A DNA stretch of 64,000 nt from an uncultured Myxococcales bacterium (lineage in GTDB: Bacteria > Myxococcota_A > Polyangia > Fen-1088). The notes beneath the pieces were generated by a model. The model was given only the letters and a program-made list of their open reading frames with translations, did not search any database and was not told the DNA's origin. Below, in pieces: positions 10,216 through 19,932 of this stretch. The DNA lies in NCBI GenBank assembly GCA_964443975.1, contig CAYUFS010000031.1, forward strand, positions 549-64,548, read 5' to 3'. Numbering within the stretch: the stretch's first letter is position 1; every line of letters begins with the position of its first letter. The translations under genes and the position numbers were made by a program.

Positions 10216-11030
10216 TGCCGCCCAGCCCGGCAGCGTCGCAGTTCCTGCGCAAACTGATCCTCAAGGGCTCGGCGATCGTCCTCGATGATCAGAAGGACTA
10301 CCTGCTGCAAGCCCGGCTCGGGCCCCTGATCGAGAAGGAAGGTCTCACGACCTGGGACGAGCTCGTGAGGCGCCTCACTGCGCCCGGCACCGTCGCGCTT
10401 CGCCAGCGGGTGATCGAGGCGGTGACGACCCACGAGACCTCGTTCTTTCGGGACTGGCACCCCTTCGAGGCGATGCAGGCGCACCTGCTTCCAGCGCTCG
10501 CCCTCGAGAGTCGCAAGCGCGCCATTCACATCTGGTCGGCGGCAGCGTCGAGCGGTCAGGAGATCTACAGCCTGGCGTTCCTCGCGGCGCAGCAGCCGGG
10601 CATGGACCTCGGTCACGTCCGCTTCATCGCCACCGACATCTCGTCCGAGATCCTCGCCAAGGCGCGCGACGGGAAATACAGCCAGCTGGAGGTGAGCCGC
10701 GGGCTCCCCGCGCGCCTTCTGTTGCGCTACTTCGACAAGCTGGGCGTCGAATACCGGGTCAAGGATGACATCCGCCGGCTGATCGAGTTCCGTCCCCTCA
10801 ACCTGATCGAAGCCTGGCCGGCCCTGCCCGAGATGGACGTCGTGTTCCTGCGCAACGTCCTCATCTATTTCGACGTCCCCACGAAGCGCCTGATCATCGA
10901 CCGCATCGCCCGCACCATGCGCAAGGGCGGCTATCTGTTCCTGGGAGGGGTCGAGAGCACGCTCAACCTCACCGACCGCTTCACGGAGGTCCACGTGGGA
11001 AAAACCACGTGCCACCAGCTGGCCCGATGA
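10212..11030 (+). CDS. cheR: Chemotaxis methyltransferase CheR
   Basis: ATG at 10212 overlaps the cheB end; TTHETSFFRD, IWSAAASSGQE, ATDIS, FLRNVLIYFD. Confidence 0.95.
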   Translation: MMPPSPAASQFLRKLILKGSAIVLDDQKDYLLQARLGPLIEKEGLTTWDELVRRLTAPGTVALRQRVIEAVTTHETSFFRDWHPFEAMQAHLLPALALESRKRAIHIWSAAASSGQEIYSLAFLAAQQPGMDLGHVRFIATDISSEILAKARDGKYSQLEVSRGLPARLLLRYFDKLGVEYRVKDDIRRLIEFRPLNLIEAWPALPEMDVVFLRNVLIYFDVPTKRLIIDRIARTMRKGGYLFLGGVESTLNLTDRFTEVHVGKTTCHQLAR

Positions 11031-11070
11031 GTGACGGCGGTAGCTGCCCGAGGGCCGAGCGAGGCGCGTC

Positions 11071-11535
11071 ATGACGAAGTTGCCTAGCCCCGAAACCCTC
11101 GCCGCCGTGGTGTCGAACGTGACCGAGAGCCTGTGCGGCTTCGCGTTCGTTCCGGGGGAGCCGTTCGCCGCGAGCGAGCCCGTGCGCGGCCGCATGTTCA
11201 TCGTCCCGTTCGATGGCGACCGGCAGATCAGCGTGTTGCTCTCGTGCGATCGCGCCGGGAGCCAGGCGCTGGTGGCCGCGCTCTCCCAGGTCAACCCGGA
11301 TACGGTGTCGGACGAAATGGCGGGCAATGCCATTCGCGAGCTGCTGAACCTGATCGCGGGGCGCCTGCATCGCACGCTGGAATTCGCCGCCCCGACCGCG
11401 CTCCGGCAAGCGACGCTCGTTACCATCCCCGATCTCGAGCGCCCGGACAACGCCGAGGCGATCCTGTTGCGAAGCACCGGAGCGATCGACGCGCGCCTGT
11501 GGATCATCGAACGCGCGCCCGAAATCGGGGCCTGA
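11071..11535 (+). CDS. Second CheX-like protein
   Basis: N-terminus similar to 6476..6934 (LPSPETLAAVVSNVTESLCG vs FPDPNTLATLVTNVTNTMCG); IRELLNLIAG ExxN motif. Confidence 0.7.
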   Translation: MTKLPSPETLAAVVSNVTESLCGFAFVPGEPFAASEPVRGRMFIVPFDGDRQISVLLSCDRAGSQALVAALSQVNPDTVSDEMAGNAIRELLNLIAGRLHRTLEFAAPTALRQATLVTIPDLERPDNAEAILLRSTGAIDARLWIIERAPEIGA

Positions 11536-11607
11536 GCGCTCCGAGGCCGGATCGCCCGATGCCCTAGGCCTCTCGACCGACCGGCATCGACGTCAGCAGG
11601 TTCGGTG

Positions 11608-12432
11608 TCAAAACACGGCGCCCAGCCCCAGGGCGCCGATGGCCCCCACGTGCCTGGTCTCGACGAGACGAAACTTGAGCGCGGACAGGCCCGCGGTGGC
11701 GCTGACGACGAAGCGGTCGATCGAGTAGGTCGCGAGCGGCCCGGTCACCAGCTCCCAGTCGGGCTCTCCGATCGGTTCATGGGCGTCCCGTTCGAGATCG
11801 ATCCGGAATCGAGAGTCGAGGCCGACTTGCAGATTTCGGGTCAACGCGTGCAGCCCCGCCAGGCGGAAGTCGCCGTAACGCTCGCCATCCTGCAGGCCCA
11901 ACCCGTAGCCCAGGTTGCTGACCAGCCTGGTGTCACCGAAGCTCCGGGACACGGCCAGCCGGGCGGTGACGGCCCGCACCGTGTTGAAACCTTGCGCCTC
12001 ATAGACCCCGAGGACCGCCAGATCGACGCCGTGTAGCTCCTGCCGGAGCACATCGAGCCTCAGGCCGGCCTCGGGCCTGAACCTCCCGCTTGGCCCGAGG
12101 TAGCTGCCGCCCGCACGCACGGAGATTCGACCCTGGAGCTGGGCTTCGAGGACCGTCTCGAAGACCGCGCCGGCCTGGGCGCTGTCATAGCCCCCCTGGC
12201 CATAGACCAGCGCTCGCTGGGAATCGCCGCGAGCGCCCATTGTCCAAGGCAGAAACGCACCGACCTCCGCGCTCTGCCGTGCCGCGCGCGCCGTCGATTC
12301 CCCGTCCTTTGCGTTTCCCTCGCCACCCTCATCGGCCTGAACGGTGGTCGCCCCGGCAGTCGACACACCCAGTACGACCGCCAGCAGGATGAGGCGGGCG
12401 GACCTCGCAGGCGCCATGCCGGGTGAAGACAT
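11608..12432 (-). CDS. Hypothetical exported protein, probable outer-membrane beta-barrel
   Basis: Signal-peptide-like N-terminus (alternative start 12417), alternating beta-strand pattern, C-terminal Phe (LGLGAVF). Confidence 0.6.
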   Translation of the reverse strand: MSSPGMAPARSARLILLAVVLGVSTAGATTVQADEGGEGNAKDGESTARAARQSAEVGAFLPWTMGARGDSQRALVYGQGGYDSAQAGAVFETVLEAQLQGRISVRAGGSYLGPSGRFRPEAGLRLDVLRQELHGVDLAVLGVYEAQGFNTVRAVTARLAVSRSFGDTRLVSNLGYGLGLQDGERYGDFRLAGLHALTRNLQVGLDSRFRIDLERDAHEPIGEPDWELVTGPLATYSIDRFVVSATAGLSALKFRLVETRHVGAIGALGLGAVF

Positions 12433-12715
12433 GCGCTCCGAATGTCAGCTCGCATCGGTGTCCGTGTCAATCGTCGGCTCGAGGTGGCTCGGTGAGATGC
12501 CGGAAGTGCGCAAACTTTCGCGGCCGACATCGACTCTGTGTCGTCGTGATTACGATCTCGCAACGCCAATTCCACGATGAGTCGTGGTAAATTGCGCGGC
12601 GGTCACAACGCTGGTGACGAAAGCAGGAAGGGGGCCTCGTGGTGACGAGGAGAATGGGCTCGGGTTCACGATTCGATGCGCGGTTTGGCAATGTCCATGA
12701 CCTGATTCAACAGGC

Positions 12716-15127
12716 ATGTTCGCGGCCCGGACGACGGCTCACGGGGCACTGGACCTGAGGATGCCGGACCAGCTCGTCGCGCCGGTTCGTCCGGCCCGCT
12801 CGTTGACCGCCGACGCTACTGAAGTAGACGGGCGCGCGGGCGTCACAGCGGCGCGCGACCTGGCCGAAGAGGCGCTCCGAGTCACGCTGCTCCAGCTCGA
12901 CGACGGCGTGCTCGCGACCGACGAGACGGGGGCCGTGACACGCATGAACCCCGTCGCCGAGCGCCTCACCGGCTGGGCCGCCTCCGCGGCCGTGGGGCGG
13001 CCGGTGGCCGAGATCTTTCGCGTCATCGACGCCGGCACCCGCGCCACCGTCCCGAGCGCCGCGGAGCGGGTGCTCGCGGGAGCGGCAGCGGTCCCGCGCG
13101 GGGACACCGTCCAGCTCGTGTCCCGAACCGGCGTGGAGCACAGCGTGCGTCCGAGCGCCGCCCCCGCGTATGACGCCGGCGGCAACCTTCGCGCGGTGGT
13201 CCTCGTCTTTCGCGAGGCCCCGGCCGAGCGCCCGGCCGCCGCCCGCGCCGCCGCTGAGCTCGACCAAAGCCAGGCGCGCCTCAACGCCCTGTACCAGGCG
13301 GGGATCATCGGCGTCGCCGTCGCCACCCTCGACGGCCGGATCGTCGAGATCAACGACACGCTGCTCGACATGTTGGGCTACACGCGCGACGAGATCCTCT
13401 CCGCGCAGATCCCCTGGGCCTCCCTCACGCCTCCGGAGTGGCGGGACGGTGATCGCCGCGCCATCGACCAGCTGCGCGCTGGCGGCGTCATACCCCTGCG
13501 GGAGAAGGAATACCTCCACAAGAACGGCGCCCGCATTCCGGTCGTGGTCGGGTCGACCCTGCTGGCCGGCTCGAAGGACGAGACCATCTCGTTCGTCCTC
13601 GACGTGACGTCGAGCAAGCAGACCGCGATCATGATCGAGCACCTGCGCCAGCTGCGGGCGTCCGAGACCCAGTTCCGCGGGCTGCTGGAGGCCGCCCCCG
13701 ACGCCATCGTGATCGCCGACGCCGCCGGCGCGATCACGCTGGTGAACGGTCAGACCGAGCGTCTCTTCGGTTACGCCCGCGCCGAGCTGATGGGCGAGCC
13801 GCTCGAGACCCTGATTCCCGAGCGGTTCCGGCAGGGGCATCCCCAGCATCGAGCAGAATTCTTCGCGGCGCCGGGGACGCGTCCGATGGGCGCCGCCCTG
13901 GAGCTCTACGGCCGGCGGAAGGACGGCGCCGAGTTTCCCGTCGAGGTCAGCCTCAGCCCCTTGCACACGGAGGCAGGCCTGCTGGTGATGAGCGCCATCC
14001 GCGACATCAGCGAGCGGCGAAAGGCGGACGAGAACCGGTTTCGCCTGGCGGCGATCGTCGAATCCTCCGGCGACGGCATCATCGGCAAGACCCTGGACGG
14101 GATCATCACCAGCTGGAACGAGGGCGCGCGCCGGATCTTCGGCTACACCGCCGACGAGATCATCGGCAAACCCGTCACCACGCTCATCCCCGCTGACCGT
14201 CAGGACGAGGAGGAGTTGATCCTGGCGAAGCTGCACAAGGGCCAGCGCGTCGAGCAGTTCGACACCGTCCGGCTGCGCAAGGACGGCCGCGAGATCCACG
14301 TCTCGCTGACCAGCTCGCCCGTGCGCGACGCGAACGACAACCTCATCGGCGCCTCGAAGATCGTCCGGGACATCACCGGGCGAAAGCGCGCGGAGGACGC
14401 CCTGGCCCACGCCAAGGATCTCGCCGAGGCCGCGAGCCGCGAGCTCGAGGCCTTCAGCTACTCGGTGGCTCACGATCTGCGGGCGCCGTTGCGGGGCATG
14501 AACGGCTTCGCGCACGTCCTGCTCGAGACGTATCGCGACAAGCTGGACGCGGAGGGGCAGGACTGGCTGCAGGAGATCGTCGACAACGCGAAGAAGATGG
14601 GCGAGCTCATCGACGCGCTGCTGTCGCTGGCGCGGCTCACGCGGAGCGAGCTGAAGACCTCGCGCGTGGACCTCTCCGTCCTGGCCGGCGAGGTCCTTGC
14701 GCAGCTCGCGGCGCTCGACCCGCACCGCGCCGTCGAGACCCATGTTCAGCCGGGCATCACCGCGGACGCGGACCCCCGGCTGGCGCGCGCGCTGCTCGAG
14801 AACCTGCTGGGCAACGCCTGGAAGTTCACCGCGAAGGCGCCCCGGGCCCGCATCGACGTGGGCGAGATCGAGATCGCAACCAGCGCGGGCCGGGAGGTGT
14901 CCGTCTTCGTGCGCGACAACGGGGCCGGCTTCGACATGGCGTTCGCCAGCAAGCTGTTCGCGCCGTTTCAACGGCTCCACGCCGCGGTCGAGTTTCCAGG
15001 GACGGGCATCGGCCTCGCGACCGCGCAACGGATCGTCCACCGGCACGGCGGGCGCATCTGGGCAGAGGGCGCCGTCGGCGAGGGCGCCACCTTTCACTTC
15101 ACGCTCCCCGCGCGGGCAGGAACGTAA
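12716..15127 (+). CDS. Cytoplasmic sensor histidine kinase with four PAS domains
   Basis: PAS starts RMNPVAERLTGW, EINDTLLDMLGY, LVNGQTERLFGY, SWNEGARRIFGY; H-box FSYSVAHDLRAPLR; NLLGNAWKFT, DNGAGF, GTGIGL. Start uncertain (alternative 12758). Confidence 0.93.
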   Translation: MFAARTTAHGALDLRMPDQLVAPVRPARSLTADATEVDGRAGVTAARDLAEEALRVTLLQLDDGVLATDETGAVTRMNPVAERLTGWAASAAVGRPVAEIFRVIDAGTRATVPSAAERVLAGAAAVPRGDTVQLVSRTGVEHSVRPSAAPAYDAGGNLRAVVLVFREAPAERPAAARAAAELDQSQARLNALYQAGIIGVAVATLDGRIVEINDTLLDMLGYTRDEILSAQIPWASLTPPEWRDGDRRAIDQLRAGGVIPLREKEYLHKNGARIPVVVGSTLLAGSKDETISFVLDVTSSKQTAIMIEHLRQLRASETQFRGLLEAAPDAIVIADAAGAITLVNGQTERLFGYARAELMGEPLETLIPERFRQGHPQHRAEFFAAPGTRPMGAALELYGRRKDGAEFPVEVSLSPLHTEAGLLVMSAIRDISERRKADENRFRLAAIVESSGDGIIGKTLDGIITSWNEGARRIFGYTADEIIGKPVTTLIPADRQDEEELILAKLHKGQRVEQFDTVRLRKDGREIHVSLTSSPVRDANDNLIGASKIVRDITGRKRAEDALAHAKDLAEAASRELEAFSYSVAHDLRAPLRGMNGFAHVLLETYRDKLDAEGQDWLQEIVDNAKKMGELIDALLSLARLTRSELKTSRVDLSVLAGEVLAQLAALDPHRAVETHVQPGITADADPRLARALLENLLGNAWKFTAKAPRARIDVGEIEIATSAGREVSVFVRDNGAGFDMAFASKLFAPFQRLHAAVEFPGTGIGLATAQRIVHRHGGRIWAEGAVGEGATFHFTLPARAGT

Positions 15128-15130
15128 CAA

Positions 15131-15583
15131 ATGAGCAAAACCATCCTGCTGGTGGAGGACAACGCCAGCGACGAGAAGTTGACGCTGCTGGCGTTCAAGA
15201 CCTGCGGCGTCTCGAACGACGTGATTGTGGCGCGCGACGGGGCCGCGGCGCTCGAATTCCTATTTTCCGAAGGGCCAGACTCCCCCCGGGCGGACAGGCC
15301 ACTGCCCACGTTGGTCCTCCTCGACCTCAAGCTGCCGAAGATTGACGGGCTCGAGGTCCTCCGACGCATTCGCGGCGACGAGCGCACGAGGCTGCTGCCC
15401 GTCATCGTGCTGACCGCGTCGCGCGAGGACGAGGACGTCGTCAACAGCTACCAGCTGGGCGCGAACGCCTACGTCCGCAAGCCGGTGGAGTTCAGCGAGT
15501 TCGCTCAGGCCGCCAAGACGCTGGGCCTCTTCTGGTTGTTGCTGAACCAGCCGGTTCCCCCTTCCGCCGCGGGGCGGAAATGA
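15131..15583 (+). CDS. Single-domain response regulator (Rcp1-like)
   Basis: LLVEDNASD, LLDLKLPKIDG, LTAS, GANAYVRKPV. Confidence 0.93.
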   Translation: MSKTILLVEDNASDEKLTLLAFKTCGVSNDVIVARDGAAALEFLFSEGPDSPRADRPLPTLVLLDLKLPKIDGLEVLRRIRGDERTRLLPVIVLTASREDEDVVNSYQLGANAYVRKPVEFSEFAQAAKTLGLFWLLLNQPVPPSAAGRK

Positions 15584-17181
15584 GCGACGCGAGCAAGGGC
15601 GAGCCGCTCCGCGTGCTGATGGTCGAGGACTCGCCGAGCGACGCGAAGCTGGTCATCCAGACGCTCCGGGGCCTTGGTCGCACCATCACCTGCGAGCGCG
15701 TCGACACCGCGGACGCGATGGCGGAATGTCTCGGCCGGGGGCCGTGGGACATCGTGCTGTCCGACTGGTCGATGCCCACGTTCAGCGCGCTGGCTGCCCT
15801 GGCCGTCCTGCGGGAGAAGGCCGTCGACGTGCCGTTCATCATCGTCTCCGGGACGATCGGCGAGGAGACGGCGGTGGAGGCGATGCGCGCGGGGGCCCAA
15901 GACTACGTCCTCAAGGACAAGCTCGGCCGGCTGACCCCGGCCATCGAACGCGAGCTCCGCGAGTCCGCGGATCGACGCGCCCGCCGCGACGCCGAGGCCG
16001 GACGCACCCGCGCCGAGCAGGCGCTGCGGCAGAGCGAAGAGCAGCTCCGCCAGGCCCAGAAGATGGAGGCGATCGGTCGCCTGGCGGGCGGCGTGGCCCA
16101 CGACTTCAACAACTTGCTGTCGGTGATCCTCAGCTACCTCGAGCTGGCGCTGGGCGCGCTCGAGCCCGACGACCCCATGCACGAAGATCTGAAGGAAGCG
16201 CACACGGCGGCGGCGCGGGCCGCGGGCCTCACCCGCCAGCTGCTGCTGTTCAGCCGCCACCAGGTGTTCGAGCCCGCGGTCGTCGACGTCCACGAGCTCC
16301 TGCGTGGAATGACCAAGATGATCGAACGGATTCTGGGCGAGGACGTGGATCTGGTGGTCGTGCCGCCGCCGGCACCGGGCCGCGTGCTGGTGGACCGCAG
16401 CCACCTGGAACAGGTGCTGCTGAACCTGGTGGTCAATGCCCGCGACGCGATGCCGACGGGCGGCAAGCTGACGATCGAGACGGCGAACGCCGTCCTCGAT
16501 GAGGAGTACACCACCCGCCACTTCCCGGCCAAGCCCGGCCGCTACGTGATGATCGCGATCAGCGACACGGGTATCGGTATGAGCCCCGAGGTCCAGGCGC
16601 GCATCTTCGAGCCCTTCTACACCACGAAGGAGAAGGGGAAAGGGACCGGTCTTGGTCTCTCCACGGTCTTCGGGATCGTCCAGCAGAGCGAAGGGAACAT
16701 CTGGGTCTACAGCGAGCCCGGACACGGGACGACCTTCAAGATCTACCTGCCGCGCGTCGACGCCGAGCTCAATGACCACAAGCCGCCCGTCGACCCTTCC
16801 ACGCTGCAAGGCAGCGAGACCATCTTGCTGGTCGAGGACGAGCAGCAGGTGCGCGTCGTCGCCTTCAACGTGCTCCGCAGATACGGGTACGACGTGCTGT
16901 CGGCGCAGCACCCGGGGGAGGCGCTGATCGTCAGCGAGCGGCACGCCGGCCGGATCGACCTGTTGCTGACGGACGTGGTGATGCCTCAGATGAGCGGGCC
17001 CGAGCTCGCGAAACGCCTGGGCGCCGCCCGCCCCGAGATGAAGATCCTCTTCATGTCGGGTTACACCGACGACAGCGTGGTTCGCCACGGCGTGCTGGAA
17101 GACGGCGCCGCGTTCCTGCAGAAGCCGATCACGCCCGCCGCCCTGGCGAAGAAGGTGCGCTCCGTCCTGGACGGCGCCTGA
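15580..17181 (+). CDS. Hybrid histidine kinase (REC-HisKA-HATPase-REC)
   Basis: N-terminal REC; [12 protein letters not shown]-box; [17 protein letters not shown]; C-terminal [12 protein letters not shown]. Confidence 0.94.
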   Translation: MSDASKGEPLRVLMVEDSPSDAKLVIQTLRGLGRTITCERVDTADAMAECLGRGPWDIVLSDWSMPTFSALAALAVLREKAVDVPFIIVSGTIGEETAVEAMRAGAQDYVLKDKLGRLTPAIERELRESADRRARRDAEAGRTRAEQALRQSEEQLRQAQKMEAIGRLAGGVAHDFNNLLSVILSYLELALGALEPDDPMHEDLKEAHTAAARAAGLTRQLLLFSRHQVFEPAVVDVHELLRGMTKMIERILGEDVDLVVVPPPAPGRVLVDRSHLEQVLLNLVVNARDAMPTGGKLTIETANAVLDEEYTTRHFPAKPGRYVMIAISDTGIGMSPEVQARIFEPFYTTKEKGKGTGLGLSTVFGIVQQSEGNIWVYSEPGHGTTFKIYLPRVDAELNDHKPPVDPSTLQGSETILLVEDEQQVRVVAFNVLRRYGYDVLSAQHPGEALIVSERHAGRIDLLLTDVVMPQMSGPELAKRLGAARPEMKILFMSGYTDDSVVRHGVLEDGAAFLQKPITPAALAKKVRSVLDGA

Positions 17182-17203
17182 GCAAGCGCGGCAACGCGAC
17201 TCT

Positions 17204-17848
17204 TCAGGGGTGAGGGGGCAGCGGGGTGAGCCCCGCCAGCATTCGACCGAGGTCCTCGGGTTCCACCTCGCCGATGACGCTGTCCCGAAGGTGGCCGTCG
17301 CGATCGTAGGAGAACAGCGCGGGAATGGCGCCCTCCCAGCTGGTCGAGAACAGGGCGATGAATCGATCCGGATCGTCGAAGCGCGCGACGAACGCCGTCA
17401 GGTTCGGGGCTCGCCGCCGGAGCACGTCGAGGACGTGGGGGCCGCGCTTCAGGTCGTCGAGGGAGACCGAGATGAACGTCGCGCCGCGCGCGCGCGCCTC
17501 CCGCGCGAACCGATCGATGACGGGCAACTCCTCGAGGCACGGACCGCACCAGCTGGCCCACAGATGGATGAACATCGCGTGGCCCCGTGCCCTGCGCATC
17601 TCCGTGCCCAGGCGCTCGACGTCCATGGGGGTCACCTCGTGGACGCCGAGCTTGGCGGCCTTTGCCGCTGCCGCTTCCTCTCCGGGCTTCTTGCCGCTCG
17701 CGGCGACGGCCGTGAGCGGCCTGGCAGGCGCGCCACCGCTCGGTCCCGCCCCGAGGAGCAGCGATGAACCGAGCACGACGATGACGGCGCCCGCCCCACG
17801 TGCCATTCGCGGCGGCGCCCGCGAAACCGGGGACTCCGGGCCCGTCAT
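17204..17848 (-). CDS. TlpA/ResA-like thiol-disulfide oxidoreductase
   Basis: Signal/TM segment then HLWASWCGPCLEELP; ATG at 17848 overlaps the upstream gene stop. Confidence 0.85.
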   Translation of the reverse strand: MTGPESPVSRAPPRMARGAGAVIVVLGSSLLLGAGPSGGAPARPLTAVAASGKKPGEEAAAAKAAKLGVHEVTPMDVERLGTEMRRARGHAMFIHLWASWCGPCLEELPVIDRFAREARARGATFISVSLDDLKRGPHVLDVLRRRAPNLTAFVARFDDPDRFIALFSTSWEGAIPALFSYDRDGHLRDSVIGEVEPEDLGRMLAGLTPLPPHP

Positions 17849-18420
17849 GGCCTGCGCTTGATGGTGCACCCGAACGCCCTGGCTTCGGCCTTGGCGACGG
17901 CGCGCCCGGCGGTGACGTCGCCGAGCGCGGCGCCCAGATCCGCGACGCCGCCGTGATACCGAATCAGTCCGGTCTCGTCCAACAAGAAGACCTCGGGGGT
18001 CCGCTCCGCCGCCAGCAGGTTGGCGACCTTCGCGCCGTCGTCGCGCAACAGCGGGAACGGGAAGCTCGCCGCCGCGTCCGCCTTGATGTCCTCGGCGGTC
18101 TCGTTCTGGTTCGCGTTCACGCCCACGAAGTTGATCTTCTTCCCGTAGTCGCGGAAGAGATCCGCCAGCGTCTGGCGCGCCTGAGCCACATAGGGGCACT
18201 TGGCCGACACGAACACCAGCACGAGCCCCCGCCCCGACCCCGCCTTCAACAATTGCTCGAGCGCGCGCGGCTCGCCCGTGTCGACCGTCTTCAAGACGAA
18301 AGCAGGCGCGATGTCACCGCTGCGCGGGTGCAGCGCGCCCGCCCAAGCCTGCCCACCCAGCACGACCGCCGTCAGGACGCAGAGCCACTGACGACACCCA
18401 ACCCCTCCACGCGGCTTCAT
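17845..18420 (-). CDS. Exported thioredoxin-fold/AhpC-TSA (redoxin) family protein
   Basis: ATG at 18420; signal peptide, APAFVLK, VFVSAKCPYV, FVGVNAN, AERTPEVFLLD. Confidence 0.85.
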   Translation of the reverse strand: MKPRGGVGCRQWLCVLTAVVLGGQAWAGALHPRSGDIAPAFVLKTVDTGEPRALEQLLKAGSGRGLVLVFVSAKCPYVAQARQTLADLFRDYGKKINFVGVNANQNETAEDIKADAAASFPFPLLRDDGAKVANLLAAERTPEVFLLDETGLIRYHGGVADLGAALGDVTAGRAVAKAEARAFGCTIKRRP

Positions 18421-19052
18421 GACCCTGGAGCATGGCCCGAACCTGGGCCCGCGCCAAGCGCGAGCCGTTCGGCGCGATGGCGGGCGAGGTGCTGCCCGAT
18501 CTCCGCGGGGATGTAGTTGCCTCCGGAAATCAAGACCTTCAAGCCAACCCGGGTCGGCAGATCGAGCACCAGGCAATCCCGCGTGGGCACGAAGTAGAGA
18601 CGCCCGCTGGTCGGGTTCGGCGAGCCGGGAACGAAGACACAGGTGGTCTCGGGATCGCCGTCGAGCGGCTTGCGGGTCGAAAAGCCCATCATCCGAACGT
18701 GTCCGCTCTCGTCGGGGATGAGCACCACCCGGGCGAAGATACCCTCGTCCCCTTCGGGCGAAAACGCCACTTGCTTCCATGACTGATACAGATCGCGCAG
18801 CCCCGGGATATGGACCAGCAAGATGTCGGCGCCGGTCAAGACCCAGCGCCCGATGAGGCTGGTCACGAACAGCCCGAGGACGTAGAGCCCGACCACGCCG
18901 ACGAGGAGCCCCAGCAACGGGTAGCGAATCCCGAACAGCCCCCGCGCCTTGCTGTCGACGTACCAGAGGATGAACCCGGTCAGCGCCACCGGGATGGCGG
19001 CCAGCGCGCCGGCCACCAGCTTGTTCCGAAAGTGCGTCTGGATCCGGCCCAT
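18417..19052 (-). CDS. DUF502 family membrane protein
   Basis: Two N-terminal TM helices; IPGLRDLYQSWKQV, VFVPGSPNPTSG. Confidence 0.85.
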   Translation of the reverse strand: MGRIQTHFRNKLVAGALAAIPVALTGFILWYVDSKARGLFGIRYPLLGLLVGVVGLYVLGLFVTSLIGRWVLTGADILLVHIPGLRDLYQSWKQVAFSPEGDEGIFARVVLIPDESGHVRMMGFSTRKPLDGDPETTCVFVPGSPNPTSGRLYFVPTRDCLVLDLPTRVGLKVLISGGNYIPAEIGQHLARHRAERLALGAGPGSGHAPGS

Positions 19053-19098
19053 TGGTCGAGAGTATCGCCCTGCGACGGCGAACGCGACAAAGCGGCCC

Positions 19099-19932
19099 TC
19101 ACGCCGGCTCGAGCACCGTCCCCACCGAGCCGGGGCGCCGCAGGGCCGCGCCGATCTCGCCGGGGGCCACGACGTGTACGGCGCCCACGCCGGCGGCGAG
19201 CGGCGCGAACGCCTCCTCGAGCTTCGGGATCATGCCACCCTGCACGGTGCCGTCGGCGATGGCGGCGCGCGCCTCGGGGACCGTCAGACGCGCGATCCGG
19301 GTCGCCGGATCGTCCCTGTCGCGACGAACACCGCCCACGGACGTGACGGCGACCAGCGCGCCGGCAGCGCGCGCGGCCGCGAGCTGGCTGGCGACGACGT
19401 CGGCGTTGATGTTCAGGCAGACGCCGTCCTCGGCGAGGCCCAGGCTGGCGATGACCGGCGTGTACCCTGCGTCGAGCAGCAGCGACAGCAGCGCCCCGTC
19501 GAAGCCGGTGACGTCTCCAACCCAGCCGAAGTCCACGGGCGTGGCGCCGCCGCCCGCGACCGCGCGCGGCGGTCGCTTGACCGCTCGGACCACGCCGCTC
19601 GTGCCGGCGAGGCCCACCGCGGCGACGCCCGCCGCGCGCAGGGCAGCCACGAGATCGACGTTCAACCTTCCCGCGACGACCATCTTCATCACGTCCAGCG
19701 TGGCCTCGTCGGTCACCCGGCGTCCCCCGACGAGCAAGGGCACGAGGCCGAGGCGCTCGGACAGGGCCGTCGCCTGGGGACCGCCGCCGTGAACCACGAG
19801 CGGACGCCACCCCGCCCCCACCACGCCCCGCAGATCGGCCGCGACCACCCGGAGCGCCGGCCCGCCCAGCACGTCGCCGCCCAGCTTCACGACGATCGGG
19901 CGGCGCGGCGGCTCGTCGGGGGCGGCGCTCAC
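19099..19932 (-). CDS. argB: Acetylglutamate kinase
   Basis: GTG at 19932 overlaps the argC stop; IVVKLGG, VHGGGPQ, GRRVTD, NINAD, GGMIPK. Confidence 0.93.
   Translation of the reverse strand: MSAAPDEPPRRPIVVKLGGDVLGGPALRVVAADLRGVVGAGWRPLVVHGGGPQATALSERLGLVPLLVGGRRVTDEATLDVMKMVVAGRLNVDLVAALRAAGVAAVGLAGTSGVVRAVKRPPRAVAGGGATPVDFGWVGDVTGFDGALLSLLLDAGYTPVIASLGLAEDGVCLNINADVVASQLAAARAAGALVAVTSVGGVRRDRDDPATRIARLTVPEARAAIADGTVQGGMIPKLEEAFAPLAAGVGAVHVVAPGEIGAALRRPGSVGTVLEPA

Noticed and set aside
1272-15130. Long antisense or alternate-frame ORFs (e.g. 1272..3689-, 4355..6898-, 9441..11507-, 12707..15130-)
   Set aside because: Shadow ORFs of GC-rich genes: they overlap motif-bearing genes on the opposite strand and carry no recognisable motifs.
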